Origin: Granulosicoccaceae bacterium
GTDB taxonomy: Bacteria; Pseudomonadota; Gammaproteobacteria; CALCKW01
Assembly (NCBI GenBank): GCA_033852095.1
Contig: JAWSVD010000004.1
Location: 1-63,809 of the forward strand
Reading direction: 5' to 3'
Length of the DNA: 63,809 nt
Below, in pieces: positions 1 to 12,000 of this stretch (its first letter is position 1; each line of letters starts with the position of its first letter). The position numbers and the translations under genes were made by a program. Under the pieces are notes generated by a model, which ran no database searches, was not told the origin of the DNA, and was given only the letters and a program-made list of their open reading frames with translations.

Positions 1-2
1 CG

Positions 3-3000
3 ACCCCGGCGGACGACGGTTCTATCGCGCTGGATTTCCATTACGACGCCGATCGTTTTTCGGCGGCGCAAATCGAAACCCTGTCAGCGCAGTTGCTGAA
101 TCTTTTAGAGCGCATGACAGCAACTCAGAGCATGGCGGACTGGCTCACGCTGGACGCCGCGCAAACACAGCTATTGCAGACCTTGGGCGCCGGTGCTGAA
201 CGCGCTGTGGACAGCAAGGCAACGGTCGTCAGTGCATTTGAAGCGCGGGTGGACGCGAATCCGCAGGCACTGGCCCTGCAGCAAGGTGACGCGCAGCTGA
301 GCTTTGCCCAGCTGGACGCCATGGCCAATCACTACGCCCAGGCACTGATCGGCAGCGGTGTTGCCGCGGGTGATGTGGTGGCACTGCAATTTGAACGTGA
401 GCTCGGCTTGGTCGTGGCGCAGTTGGCCGTCAACAAAGCGGGCGCCGCATTTGTCTATCTGGATCCGGCCTTCCCGGAAGAGCGCCGCGCGGTGATAGCC
501 GCGGAGGCGGGCGCCAGATTCGCGCTTGTGGCCAATGACAGCCAAGTTGCGCCCGCGGGATTGCCATCCACCGTGTTGCTGGTGGACACATCGCTCACCG
601 CAGGGCGGCCAGCACTGGCTATAGACAGCTGTGCATTGATGTACATGATTTTCACCTCGGGTTCTACCGGCAAGCCGAAGGGTGTGATGCTGGAGCACTG
701 CTCTGTGCTCAACTACATGGGCTGGTTGCTCGACGAGCTGGAGCTGAGCCGTGACGACAAGGTCTTGCAATTCAGCTCGCTGAATTTCGACACCAGCATA
801 GAAGAGATATACGCGGCGCTGCTCAGTGGGGCGGCGCTTGTCTTGCGCGACGAAGACATGCTCAGCACGCCTGCGCGCTTCTGGCAGAGCATTGCTCAGA
901 TGGGCATCACGCTGCTCGACCTGCCCACGGCTTTTTGGCATGTGCTCACGGCCGACAGCGCTAATTTGGCATTGATTCCCGATAGCCTGCATCACATCAT
1001 TCTCGGAGGCGAGGCGGCCAAGGTCTCCGCCATCCAGACATGGCAATCGCAGGCGCCCTCAAAAATCAAACTGTGGAACACCTACGGCCCCACAGAGACC
1101 ACCATCGTGGTCACGGCACAGCGGCTCGACACGGAGCAAGTGCACGCTGGCCAAGCGGTGCCGATCGGAAGGGCAGTGGCGAATGCACAGTTGTGGGTGC
1201 TCGATGGCCAGCGCCGCTTGTTGCCGCGCGGCGTGCCCGGCACCTTGTACGTGGGCGGCGCGCCGCTGGCGCGTGGCTACGTCGGTCAGCCAGAACTCAC
1301 GGACGAGGTGTTTGTGAACAACCCCTTTGCCGAGGGCAAACTCTACAACACGGGTGACCGTGTGCGCTGGCGTGAGGACGGGGCGCTGGAGTACCTGGGT
1401 CGCAGCGACGCGCAGTTAAAAATTCGCGGTTACCGCATCGAACCAGGTGAAGTCGAGAGCGTACTCAACAGCGATGCAGCGGTAGCGCAGGTGGAAGTGT
1501 TGGCACAGCCGGGGCCGGGCAAAGATTTGGCGCTGGTCGCTTATGTGGTGCCACAGGAAGGCCAGAGTATCGATGCAGAGCAGCTGCGGGCGCAGGCGCG
1601 AGAGGCGCTGCCAGCGTACATGGTGCCGGCGGCCATCGTGGTGCTGGAGCAACTGCCCATCAACCACAACGGCAAGGTAGACAAGCGCGCACTGCCCGCT
1701 GTGGACTGGGCGGCGGCGAGTGCGGGTGCACCGCTTAGCCCCTTGCACACAGAGGCAGAGCGGACCATAGCGCAGCTGTGGTCCAGTGTGTTGGGCCGTG
1801 ATATCGAGAGCATTGGTGGCAACAGCAATTTCTTCGATCTGGGCGGTGATTCCTTGCTGGCGATGCAGCTCTTGGCGCGCATCAATCAGGAGCAGGGCGT
1901 CGAGCTCGGCCTGCGCGATTTGTACCACAGCAGCGAGCTCTCGGAGCTCGCTGAAATACTCAGCCGTGCGCCGCAAGCCGCAGCAGTCGTCAGTGTGCAG
2001 CGCGTGTCGCGCGATGGGGCACTGGTGTTGAGCTCGACGCAGCAACGGCTGTGGTTCTTGCAGCAATTGGACCCCAGCACCGGTATGTACAACCTGCCCA
2101 TGCGCCTGGAGTTCGACGGCGCACTGGACGTGGAGAAGATGCGCTCGGCGTTGAACGCCTTGGCACAGCGCCACGAGAGCCTGCGCACGCGATTCAGTTC
2201 ACAAAATGGCGAGGGCTTCGCGCTGATCGCCGCGACAGGCGAGTTGCCATTGGCGCTGCTTGATCTCAGCGCTGAGCCGGACGCCGCTGCTCTGTTGTCA
2301 AAATACGCCGTGCAAGAAGCGGGCAGACCCTTTGCACTCGACGGTGGCGAGCTGGTGCGCGCCACACTCTACAAGACGGCTGAAGATCGCCATACCTTGC
2401 TGCTGTGCGCGCACCACATCATCACCGACGGCTGGTCCATGAACCTGCTGGCCAGCGATTTCATCGCCGCCTACACCGCAGACGACGCGCAACCCCTGCC
2501 GCCCATCGATTTGCAATACGTCGACTACGCCGCGCACATGGCTCAGTCGACGGCGGCGCAAGACAACGCGCCACTGCTGGACTACTGGCGCGCTCAGCTC
2601 GGTGATTTGCCGGAGCTCTTGGAGCTGCCGACCGACCACCCCAGACCCCAGCAACCCGACGGCAAGGGCCGCGTGCACCGCTTCACCTTGTCCGCGGCAT
2701 TGACCACGCAGTTGCACAAGGCCGCGCGGCAAATGGGCGTGACACCCTACGCCGTGCTGCTCAGCGCCTACGGTGTGCTGTTGGCACGCCTGAGCGGACA
2801 GCCCGCCTTTGCCATTGGCACCGCGACGGCCAACCGTTCGCTGCCGGGCGCTGATGAGGTGGTTGGCTTCTTTGCCAATACGCTTGCGCTGCGCTTCGAC
2901 GCGATCGGCGAGCCACGCTTCAGTGAACTCTGTCAAAAGCAGCAAGAGACCTTGCTCGACGCCATGGAACACGAAGACTTACCCTTCGAGCGCTTGGTAG

Positions 3001-6000
3001 AAGCGCTGGTGCAAGAGCGAAATGAGAGTTACAGCCCGGTCTTCCAGACCATGTTTGTGTGGCAGAACACGCCGCAGCAAAACCAGCAGATCGACGGCCT
3101 GGAGGTGCGCAGTGAGCGCCTGGACAAAGGCGCTATTCAGTTTGATTTGGTGCTCGACATGGGCGAAGAGGACGGCGAGATCATCGCCATGCTGGAATAC
3201 CGCACCCAATTGTTCGAAGAAGCGACCATTGAGCGGCTCTCGCAATGGTTCAGCGAGTTGTTGCAACAGTCTTTAGACAATGTGGACGCGCCTGTGGGGC
3301 AGCTGCAGTTTGTGGCCGACCCCATTGCGGCTGTCAGCAAGCCGCTGGCGCTGCCCGACAAACGGGTGGATGCGATCCTCGACGGCCACGCCGAGGCTAG
3401 CCCCGAAGCAACGGCCATTCTGTTCGAAGCGGCCGACGGACAGCCGGTGCGCCTGAACTGGCGAGAGTACCGCCAGGGCGCGCAAGAGATGGCCCTGTAC
3501 CTGCAGAGCCGCGGCATCGGCCACGGCGACAAGGTGGTGCTCTGCAGTCAGCGCTGCCCCGAATTGATGGTCGCGATCTACGCCATCATGAAGGCGGGCG
3601 CGGTGTATGTGCCGCTCGACCCAGACTCCCCGCCAGAGCGCCAACAGGCGCTGCTGAAAAATTGCGGCGCCAAGATGCTGTTGACCCAGCGCAGCTTGCT
3701 GAGCAGCTTTTGCGCTGACGGCGAAGACGCCGGCGTCCAGAGTTTGTTCATCGATGAGGCCTTGCCGAGCGTTGACGTGGGTGCGGTGTTGCGTCTCAGT
3801 GATGACCCCTCCCTGCCCATTTACATTATTTACACCTCCGGCACCACGGGCACGCCCAAGGGCGTGGTCGTGCCACACCGCGGTGTGGCCAATATGGCGC
3901 TGGGCATGGCCGATGTGCTGGGCGTGGGAAATCAAGACAGCTTGCTGCAATTTGCGCCTTTCAACTTCGACGCATCCGCACTGCAGATATTCGTGCCGCT
4001 GTTGGTGGGTGGCTGCTCTGTGCTGCACCACAACCCGAAGAACTTGGGTGCGGCCGATTTCATGGATCTCTGTGAGAAACATCAGATCACCGTGCTCGAT
4101 CTGCCCGCCGCCCTGTGGCGTCAGTGGGTGGACACCATGGCAGAGCAAAACATGCGCATGGCGAGCAGCGTGCGCGTGTTCCTCACCGGCGGCGAGGCGG
4201 TTCCCTCGCGCTCCATGCGGGTCTGGGCGAATCTCTGTGATCAGGCGGTGGCGTTCCTGTCGTCATATGGTCCCACGGAAGCCTCAATCACTGCACTGGC
4301 TTACGTCAGTGACAGCGATCAAATGCGCCACATCGAAGACGCGGACCTGAACCTCGGTTCAGCGCTGCCCAACGTGGGCATTCATTTGCTGGATCTCTAC
4401 GGCCAGCCAGCAGCGCCGGGTGTTATCGGCGAAATTGCCATCAGTGGCCCCGGCGTGGCGCAGGGCTACCTGGATCTGGACGCGCAGACCGAAGCGGTGT
4501 TTGTCCACAGTGAGGCACTGCAGCAGCGTGTCTACCTGACCGGCGACTACGGCCGCCGCACCGCCAGCGGTGCGCTGGAGTTTCACGGTCGTCGTGACGC
4601 GCAGATCAAAATCCGCGGTTTCCGCATAGAACCCGCCGAGATAGAGGCGGCGCTGTTGGCGCACAATGACATCGCCGAGGCACTGGTGACCACCCAGCGC
4701 AGCGAAGATCAACGGCTGCACCTGATCTCCTACGCGGTGCTCAGCAAAGAGGCACTGGCGACTAGCGGCTCGATAGAGAGCTACGATGTGCACGCACTAA
4801 AACTGCAGCTGCAACAGAATTTGCCCGCGCACATGGTGCCTGCCGCCATACAGCTGTTGCCAGAATTTCCGCTCTTGCCCACGGGCAAGGTCAACCGCAA
4901 AGTGTTGGCTGTTGTGGACCTCGCCAAGTTGCACATGGCGAATTATGTGGCACCTGAGGGTGAGCAAGAGATCCAGTTGGCCGAACTCTGGCAGGCGCTG
5001 TTGAGCGTCGAGCAGGTGGGGCGGGACGACAACTTCTTCGAGCTCGGAGGGGATTCCATCCTCAGCTTGCAGCTGGTGGCACGCGCCAAGCAGCAGGGGC
5101 TGCATTTTGAAGTGCGCGATGTGTTCCAGCACCAGAGTTTGGCAGCCCTTGCCGGGGCCGCGGGCAGCGGCACAGTGGTATTGGCCGAGCAGGGCATGGT
5201 CAGTGGTGAGGCGGCGGTGTTGCCGCAGCAGCGGCTTGTGCTTGACGCCGAGCGCCTGACGCCACGCGTGTTGCGATTGAACTTCAGCGAGCCAGCCGAT
5301 GAGCAGGCCTTGAGTGCTGCACTGCAGGATTTGGTCGCTCAACACGACGCGCTGCGCACGAAGTTTGTGGCGCGTGACGGCGAGCGGCTGCAGATCATTT
5401 CCGCCGAAGCCGATCAGCACTTGATTCAACACGCCACGGCAGAGGATTTCGAACAGTACCTGGTCGAGCAGTCGGCGCAGGTCGCCGAACTGCAGGGGCC
5501 ATTGTTCCGTGCGCTTATCAGCGACACCTGCTGTGCGCTAATCGCACACCCTGCGCTGGTGGACAAAGGCAGCCTGCGTTTGCTGCTGGACGATCTGCAC
5601 ACGCTGTACAGTGCCCACGCAGCTGGCCGCACGCTCGAGCCATCTCAGAAGACGACCTCGGTGTTGCAATACAGCGCATGGTTGGCGGGACAGGGCAGTC
5701 CGTGGATCGGATCGCAGCGCGAATTTTGGCAGGGCACTGCGGCTGCCCACGCGGACACCCAAACTGAAGTCCAGGCCAAGCAGCGCATCGGCCAGCCAGC
5801 ATCACTGCGAGCGGAGCTGACTGACGTCATTGACACGGAAGCGCTGAGCGCCTATTCAAATTCGGCGGAAGAGATTCTGAGTGCCGCTTTTGTCCCAGCG
5901 TTGCAGCAGGCATTCGCTGCCGAGAGCGTTGTGCTGCACTTCTCATCCACCGGGCGCGACAAGCTGCCCGAAGAGATCGATCTGAGCCGCACAGTGGCCG

Positions 6001-9000
6001 CGCTGGAACAGTATTACCCTCAGTGTTTCAGTGCCGTTGCCAGCGCTCCGCGCGCTGCCATCATTGGCGCAAAGGAACAACTCCGTGCCGTGCCTGCAGT
6101 GATCACCCTGCCAGCGCAGGGGATGCAAACGGGCCAGCGCATTCTGCTGCAAGCAGCGGCCGGATCAATTGCGGACAGCGCACACGCGTGGCGTGTGTCC
6201 GGTGAGCTGACTCAGGATCAAGGTCTGCTGGAACGCTTTGATCTGGTGCTGACCTATGAAGCCTCGGACGCCGGTATCGAGCTGGATTTCCAGTACGACA
6301 GCGCGGTCTATGGCGCAGAGCAGATCCAGTCGCTCAGCGATGCCACGTCGATCTCATTGGCGAGTTTGCTGGCGCATTGTAAAAGCGTGCAGACGCGCGT
6401 GTTCACGTCCAGTGATTTTCCGCTGGCCGAGACCACACAGGATGAGCTGGATCAGCTGGTGCACAAATACCCTGGCATGGAGCGCATGTACGAAGCGTCT
6501 TTTGGCCAGGTAGGCATGTTGTTCCACTCCTTGTTAAGCCCAGAGAACGGTGCGTATCTGCTGCAGACCCAAGTGCGTTTGGGCGCGGATCTAAACACGC
6601 AATTGTTGCGCGATGCCTTTGCCGATCTGATACAGCGGCACCCGGTGCTGCGCAGCACTTTCGCCTGGGAGAACAGGGCGAAGCCACTGCAGCTGGTGCA
6701 CAGCTCTGTGCCCACACCCTGGTCTGAAGTGGATCTCAGCGGGGCAGCAGATTTCCCTGCAGCCTATGAAGAATTGTTAGAGCGTGACAGAATCGCGCCG
6801 ATGGATTTCGAGTCTGCGCCGTTGATGCGCTTGACCTTGGTGCAGCGCCCGGACGGCGAATACTCGCTGCTGTGGTTGATGCACCACGCCATCACCGACG
6901 GCTGGAGCACGCCGTTGTTGTACGACGATTTGCTGGCCTTCTACAACGCGCGGGTCGAACAGCGCGAAGCGCAGCTGCCGCCTGTTGTCTCCTATGAGCG
7001 TTATATCGCCTGGTTGCAGGGGCAGAGCGAAGAAGCCTCTAGGCAGCACTGGCTGCAGCAAGTGGGTGACTTCAGCGCCGCCACTGATTTGAACATCGGC
7101 GCCGGGCGCGCCGCTGAAACAGAGCAGATCGCCATCAGCCGCGCCACGCTGTCGGTGGATGAGCTGAACACCGTAGAAGCACTGGCGCGCGCGGAGCGTG
7201 TGACCATGAGTTCCCTGGTGCAGGGTGTCTGGGCCATTTTGCTGTCCAGGTACAGCGGCGGTGAAGATGTGCTGATGGGCGTCACCGTCTCGGGTCGTCC
7301 ACCGCAATTGCAGGGAGCGGAATCTATTGTCGGCATGTTCCTGAACGCGCTGCCGCTGCGCGCGCAGGTCGACGGGTCCGCGGATCTCTGGCAGTGGGTC
7401 AGGGATTTGCAGGCAAGGCACGCAGAGAACGACGCGCACAATACGCTGAATTTCCTCGACGTGCAGAAACTGAGCCGGATAGAGGTGGGGGAGCGACTCA
7501 CCGAGTCCATGCTTATCTTCCAGAACACCCCATTGGGTGAGGCCGTGGCGGCCGCGTCTGAGGGGGGCGGTTTTGCCGCTGGGCAGCACTTGCAACGATT
7601 GGTGCGAGACGTCCAGGGCTTCCAGAAGACCAACTACCCGATCACGGTGTTTGCCGAGATCATCGACGCAGAATTGCACATCAACATCCAGTATGATGCC
7701 GGCCGTTATCAAGCGGCGGAAATGGACGCATTGGCGCTTCGTTTGACGCAGTTGCTGAAGGGCGTGGCGAAGGCACAGTGCTTGGCTGATCTGAGCTTGC
7801 TCGATGACCGCGACACCGCGGCGCTGTTGTCAGACGCAGAGGGTCCGCGGCGGGATCACGGCGATGCACAGTCGGTGGTGGAGCTGTTCGAGCGCCAGTG
7901 CGCGCTGCAGCCCGAGGCCATCGCACTCTACGCGGCTGATCAGTCCTGCAGCTACGCTGAATTGCAGCGCCAGAGCAATCGACTCGCGGCCGAGCTGCTG
8001 CGTCGTGGTGTGGGTGGCGGCGACATCGTCGCGCTCTGCGCTGAGCGCAGCGTGGCGACAACCGCTGCCTTGCTGGCGATCCTCAAAACCGGCGCTGCCT
8101 TCCTGGCGCTGGACCCCAAATACCCTGTGGCGCGCTTGCAGTACATGCTGGAAGATTCATCCGCGGTCGCGCTGATCTACCAGCCCGGCATGACGGCGGA
8201 GCAACTGCTCAGTGTCGACATCGACCAGCTTGATCTGCAGGCCTTCCAAGCGGCTGATGACGGCTCCAGTTGTGCGGTGCCCCAGCCCGACATTGGGCCT
8301 GAGAGCCTGGCGTACCTGATCTACACCTCCGGTTCGACGGGGCAGCCCAAAGGCGTGCGTGCACTGCAGCGCGGCACCTTGAACCGCTTGCAGTGGATGT
8401 GGCGCGAAATGCCCTTTGCCGCCGGCGAAGTCATGGTGCAAAAGACGGCCCTGTCATTTGTAGATTCGGTGTGGGAAGTGTTTGGCCCCTTATTGCAAGG
8501 CGTGCCCTCGCTGGTGCTGGCGGAAGACAAGGTCCGCGACGTGACGGCCTTTGTAGATGCGCTGGCGCAACACCGCATCAGCCGGCTGGTGCTGGTGCCC
8601 ACCCTGCTGCGCGCCATGCTGGACATATGCCCCGACCTGGGCGAGCGATTGCCTGCGCTGAAACAGTGCATTTGCTCCGGCGAAGCCCTGAGCGGTGATC
8701 TGGTCGCAGATCTGCGCCGCGCTGCGCCGCAGCTGCGGTTGATCAACCTCTACGGTTCTTCGGAAGTGGCCGCAGACGTCACGGTTTTTGATACAGAGGA
8801 AATGTCTGAGCATGATCTGCTGCACGCCGCGCCCATCGGGCGTGCCATTGACAACAGCAGTGTCTATATCCTGGATGCACAGCTCAAGCCTGTGCCCGAA
8901 GGCCTGCCGGGTGAGCTCTACATCGGTGGGGCCAATCTGGCGGATGGCTACCACCGTCAGCCCGCGCTCACTGATGAAGCCTTTGTGCCGAACCCCTTTG

Positions 9001-12000
9001 GGGCCGGTAAATTGTTCCGCAGTCAGGATTGGGGCCGTCTAACAGACACGGGGAATATTGAATTTCTGGGGCGTCAAGACAGCCAGATAAAAATACGCGG
9101 CATGCGTGTGGAGCTGGCGGAGATCAGCGCCAAGTTGCGCTCCCTGCACGGTGTGGATGAGGCGGTTGTGATCAACCGCGCGCGCAGTAACGGCGATGCG
9201 CGCATCGTCAGTTACAGCACGGGCTCCACCGAGATGGACACACTGCGCACGCAGTTGGTGGATCTGCTGCCGGCACACATGGTGCCCAGCGCGATGGTGA
9301 GCCTGGATACTTTGCCGCTGCTGCCCAACGGCAAAATCGACAGGCAAGCGCTGCCTGACCCGGCTGATTCGGCTTTTGCCGCACAGACGGTCGACTACAT
9401 TGCGCCGACCAGCCCGAGTGAAAAAGCGCTGGTGGCGATATGGGCCGATGTTCTAGCCTTGGACGTGTCGAAGATCGGCACAGAGCACAATTATTTCCAG
9501 CTGGGCGGTGATTCGATCTCCAGTTTGCAAGTGGTGAGCCGGGCGAAATCCCAGGGTTATCAGCTGGAGGTTCGTGATGTGTTCACCACGGAGAACCTGC
9601 GAGAACTGGCCGCTGTGGCCAAGCTCAGCGATGCACAGCAGGCCGTGACGGGCTCTGTCGATCTGGGGGCATTCTGGCCTGTGCTCAGCCTGCGTGACTA
9701 CCAGCTCGTTGAAATACCTGTGTATAAAGAGTACACAGCAGAGCGCATGCAAGATTTGCTTGCGCGGTTGATGTCGCACCACGACATACTGCGGGGGCGT
9801 TTTATACGCGCCGAGGGTTCAACCCAGTTGCACATAGCCGCTGAACTTCCCGCAGGTGCCATTGTGAGCGCGGCGGCGTCAGAGCTGTCCGACAGCGCGG
9901 CCATGGAAAACGCCTTTTCCGCGCGTCTGTGCGGCGAGGGCCGCGTCAGCGCAATTGAGCTGCGAGCACACCCGCTGCTGCTTGATAACCTAAGCTGGCA
10001 GCTGATTGTTGCCGACTTGCAGCGCTTGATTGCCGCTGAGCCTCTGCCCGCCAAGACTCAGGCGGTCACCGAGCACCCGCTGTCCATTCCGCAGCAGAAA
10101 TTGGCGCTGCAGTCTGCGATAGAGCATCGCATCGAGGCGCCATGGGTTGCTTCACTGACGGGTGAGCAGGCCAAATTACTGCACGCCAGCGCTGAAGAGC
10201 TGGTCGCGGCGGCTCTGCTCAACAGCTACGCGCATTTTGAGTTGCCAGGCGCTGCGGCTGTGCGTGTCAGCGCGAGAGAGACCGGTGCCGAGCGCACTGC
10301 GCTCGCGCACACAGTTTTGCGTGATTTGCCCGCCAGTGGTGGGGGCAGTCTTGGTGATTTGCTTGCGGCTAAGTCAGCCGTGCGCGAAGCGTTTGCCGAG
10401 CAGGACGTACAGATGATCGTGCAGGTGGTGGGCGGGCCCGAGTGGTCAGACACGGCCATCAAGCACTCCGGCACGCCTCTGTGCGAGGGCGATCACGCCT
10501 TGCGTCTGGAAGTCGATCTGTACGCGCAGCAGTTGGTGATGCGCCTCTACGGTGCGGCGCCTGAGCGCGTTGAGTTCTTAGAGCAGGCGCTGCTGAAGTT
10601 TGCACTGGCGCTGCACCAGCTCTCCGATATCAAGTCGGAAGACTACTCCAGTGCCTACCTGCCCAGTGATTTCCCGCTGGCGAGTCTCGAGCCGCAGCAG
10701 TTGTCGGAGCTGCTGGTGCGCCAGCCACAGGCGCAGAACATATACCCCGCGGCACCGGGTCAAACCGGCATGGTGTTTCACGCCATGCTCGAGCCGGGCA
10801 ACGCTGTCTACACCTTGCATTCCACGGTTCGCCTGGCGGCGGGTGTGGACGTACAAGCCCTGCAGGCGGCCTTTGATCAACTGATCGAGCGGCACGCTAT
10901 CTTGCGCACCGCCTTTGATTGGCAGCAGCGCGAGGCAGCGCTGCAGGTGGTGCAGCGCCACGCGGTGATGCCTTTGGAGGTGTTGCAGTGGTCGGATCGC
11001 AGCGGCGATGACTTCGAGCGAGACATCACAGCTCTGAGTGCAGCGGACCAAGAGACACCGCTCGATGTGCGCGTGGCACCGTTGATGCGCGGCACGCTGG
11101 CGTTCAAACACGATGGCAGCGCCGTGTTGTTGTGGCTGGTTCACCACGCCATCACCGACGGTTGGTCACTGCCTATTTTGTACGGTGATCTGATCGCTTG
11201 TTACAACGAACAGATCGATCTGCCCGGCGAAGCGCTGCCGCCCAGCCCGGATTACGCGGATTATATGGCCTGGTTACACGCCCAGGACAGCGTGGCTGCG
11301 GCACAGTACTGGCGTGAGCAGCTGGCCGGCATGAGCAATGGCAGCGATCTGGTCGCAGGCGCTGGCGTGGACGCCGAGACGCACGAGATAGGCTCGTATA
11401 AGATGCAGCTGCCGAGCGCACTGGTGCAGCAGTTGCAGTCACGCGGACGCCGCGAGCAAGTCACCTTGAACACGGTCGTGCAGGGCGCATGGGCAGCGAT
11501 GCTCAGCCGTTACAATCAACAGCAAGAACAGCTGCTCGGTGTCACTGTGTCCGGTCGCCCGGCGGACCTCGCTGGCGTGGAGTCGATGGTGGGGCTCTTT
11601 GTCAACGTATTGCCGCTGCGCATCAATACCCGCGACAGCGATGATGTCTGGCCCTGGATGCGCCAGATTCAACAGACGCACCACAACAACGACCGTTATA
11701 ATTTTCTGCCTTTCGCCGAGATACAGCAGCTCAGTGAGTTTGCGGTGGGTGAGCGCCTCTGCGAGAGCATGATTGTCTTTCAGAACTACCCGGTGGACGA
11801 TCAGCTGATCTCCGCTGTCTCGCAAGAGGGCGGCGAAGAAAACAGGGCGCGTGAGCCGCTGCAGCGTTTGCTGAAAAGCATGGACGGGCATCAGACCACA
11901 AGCTACCCCATCACCTTGTTTGTGATCCCAGGTGAGGCTCAACTGGAGATCGAATTCCAGTACGACGAAGGGCGTTTCAGCCCTGCCATCATTGAAAGCA

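Noticed and set aside
93-95. TTG at 93 as the NRPS start codon
   Set aside because: The frame is open to the window edge and encodes the end of a C domain, so the gene starts upstream.
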